Assembly: GCA_963837175.1 (NCBI GenBank)
Contig: CAWIMJ010000026.1
Span: forward strand, 1 to 19,629
Length of the DNA: 19,629 nt
Direction: 5' to 3'
Source: an uncultured Nitrososphaeraceae archaeon
Lineage (GTDB): Archaea > Thermoproteota > Nitrososphaeria > Nitrososphaerales > Nitrososphaeraceae
The notes beneath the pieces are model-generated. The model had not been told where the DNA came from. It worked only from the letters and a program-made list of their open reading frames with translations, and did no database searches. Numbering within the stretch: the first letter of the stretch is position 1; each line of letters starts with the position of its first letter. Made by a program: the position numbers and the translations under genes. Shown one piece after another: positions 18,949-19,629 of the stretch.

Positions 18949-19629
18949 TTATCTTTCGCTAAAGAACGCTGCGAGCTGCTCAATGACAAAATCTGGCTGC
19001 TCTTCTGGAATCCAATGTCCTGAAAGAGGAACCGTGAATCCCTTTACATTTGTAGCTAATGATTGTAACGAGCTTAACGCAAAATTTCCAGGAAGATCAC
19101 CACCTAATGCTGGATAAATATCACCACCTAATGCTAATACAGGCATTGTTATCTTAGCCTTAGCTGATTCTTTATTTTGCTCTGCATCTATTGGGAAAGC
19201 TCTAAAATGTTCAAATGTGCATGCATTCCACCAGGAGCCGAAACATGACTTGCAAATACATCTATATCTTCTTCTGTAATTGCAGATGGATTATAAGCCA
19301 ATCCTTTGAAGAACCATGATATATATTCCCGCTCCTTACCTTCTACAAGAAATTCTGGTAAGTTAGGCACTGATGAAAAGCAAACCACCAAGGTCCATTC
19401 TCACCAAATTCTGGAGGTAAAAATCCTGGGAATGGAAAATCCATGATCACTAATTTATTTACATTGTCAGGATGAGCTGCAGCATATGAATAAGCTGTCT
19501 GTGAGCCTACGTCATGTGCTACCAACAAAATTTGATTAAAACCTAATTGAGATGTCAATTGATAGATATCTTCTGCAGTAGTCTTACCGTCGTAACCTGT
19601 AACTGGCTTTGAAGAATCACCAAATCCTC
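18949..19629 (-). pseudogene. Alpha/beta hydrolase (epoxide hydrolase/dehalogenase type) with two frameshifts; 5' end outside the window
   Basis: GFGDSSKP, Asp-nucleophile motif VAHDVG, WWFAFH, MPVLALGG and catalytic His motif SGHWIPEEQP. Frameshifts near 19368 and 19215 join the three track ORFs. Confidence 0.85.

Overview
AT-rich archaeal DNA whose gene families and TATA-box/leaderless promoter layout point to a soil ammonia-oxidising archaeon (Nitrososphaeraceae); this is inferred, as no marker gene is present. It is a decaying accessory region. It holds about ten disrupted or fragmentary genes (VOC, DUF1428, HxlR, BNR-like, SRPBCC-TIGR01777, a frameshifted ~621-aa Rieske protein, an alpha/beta hydrolase and several hypotheticals), a complete-ended but frameshifted 895-bp IS5-family element (15-bp TIRs, TAA duplication) and a perfect 43-bp tandem array. 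The best-preserved block (12.7-17.6 kb) encodes a Cys/Met-rich Csp3-type copper storage protein, a CxxC Zn-ribbon protein, an orphan SsuA-type sulfonate-binding protein, a divergently transcribed ComA (phosphosulfolactate synthase)-winged-HTH fusion and a stand-alone zf-UBP protein. The top candidate for a new system is the ComA-wHTH fusion. Its enzyme motifs look diverged, so it may be a one-component sulfur-metabolite sensor. A 13-bp motif (TTGCATATTTGAA) lies at the same position upstream of the TATA box of both ssuA and the Zn-ribbon gene and could be its binding site.
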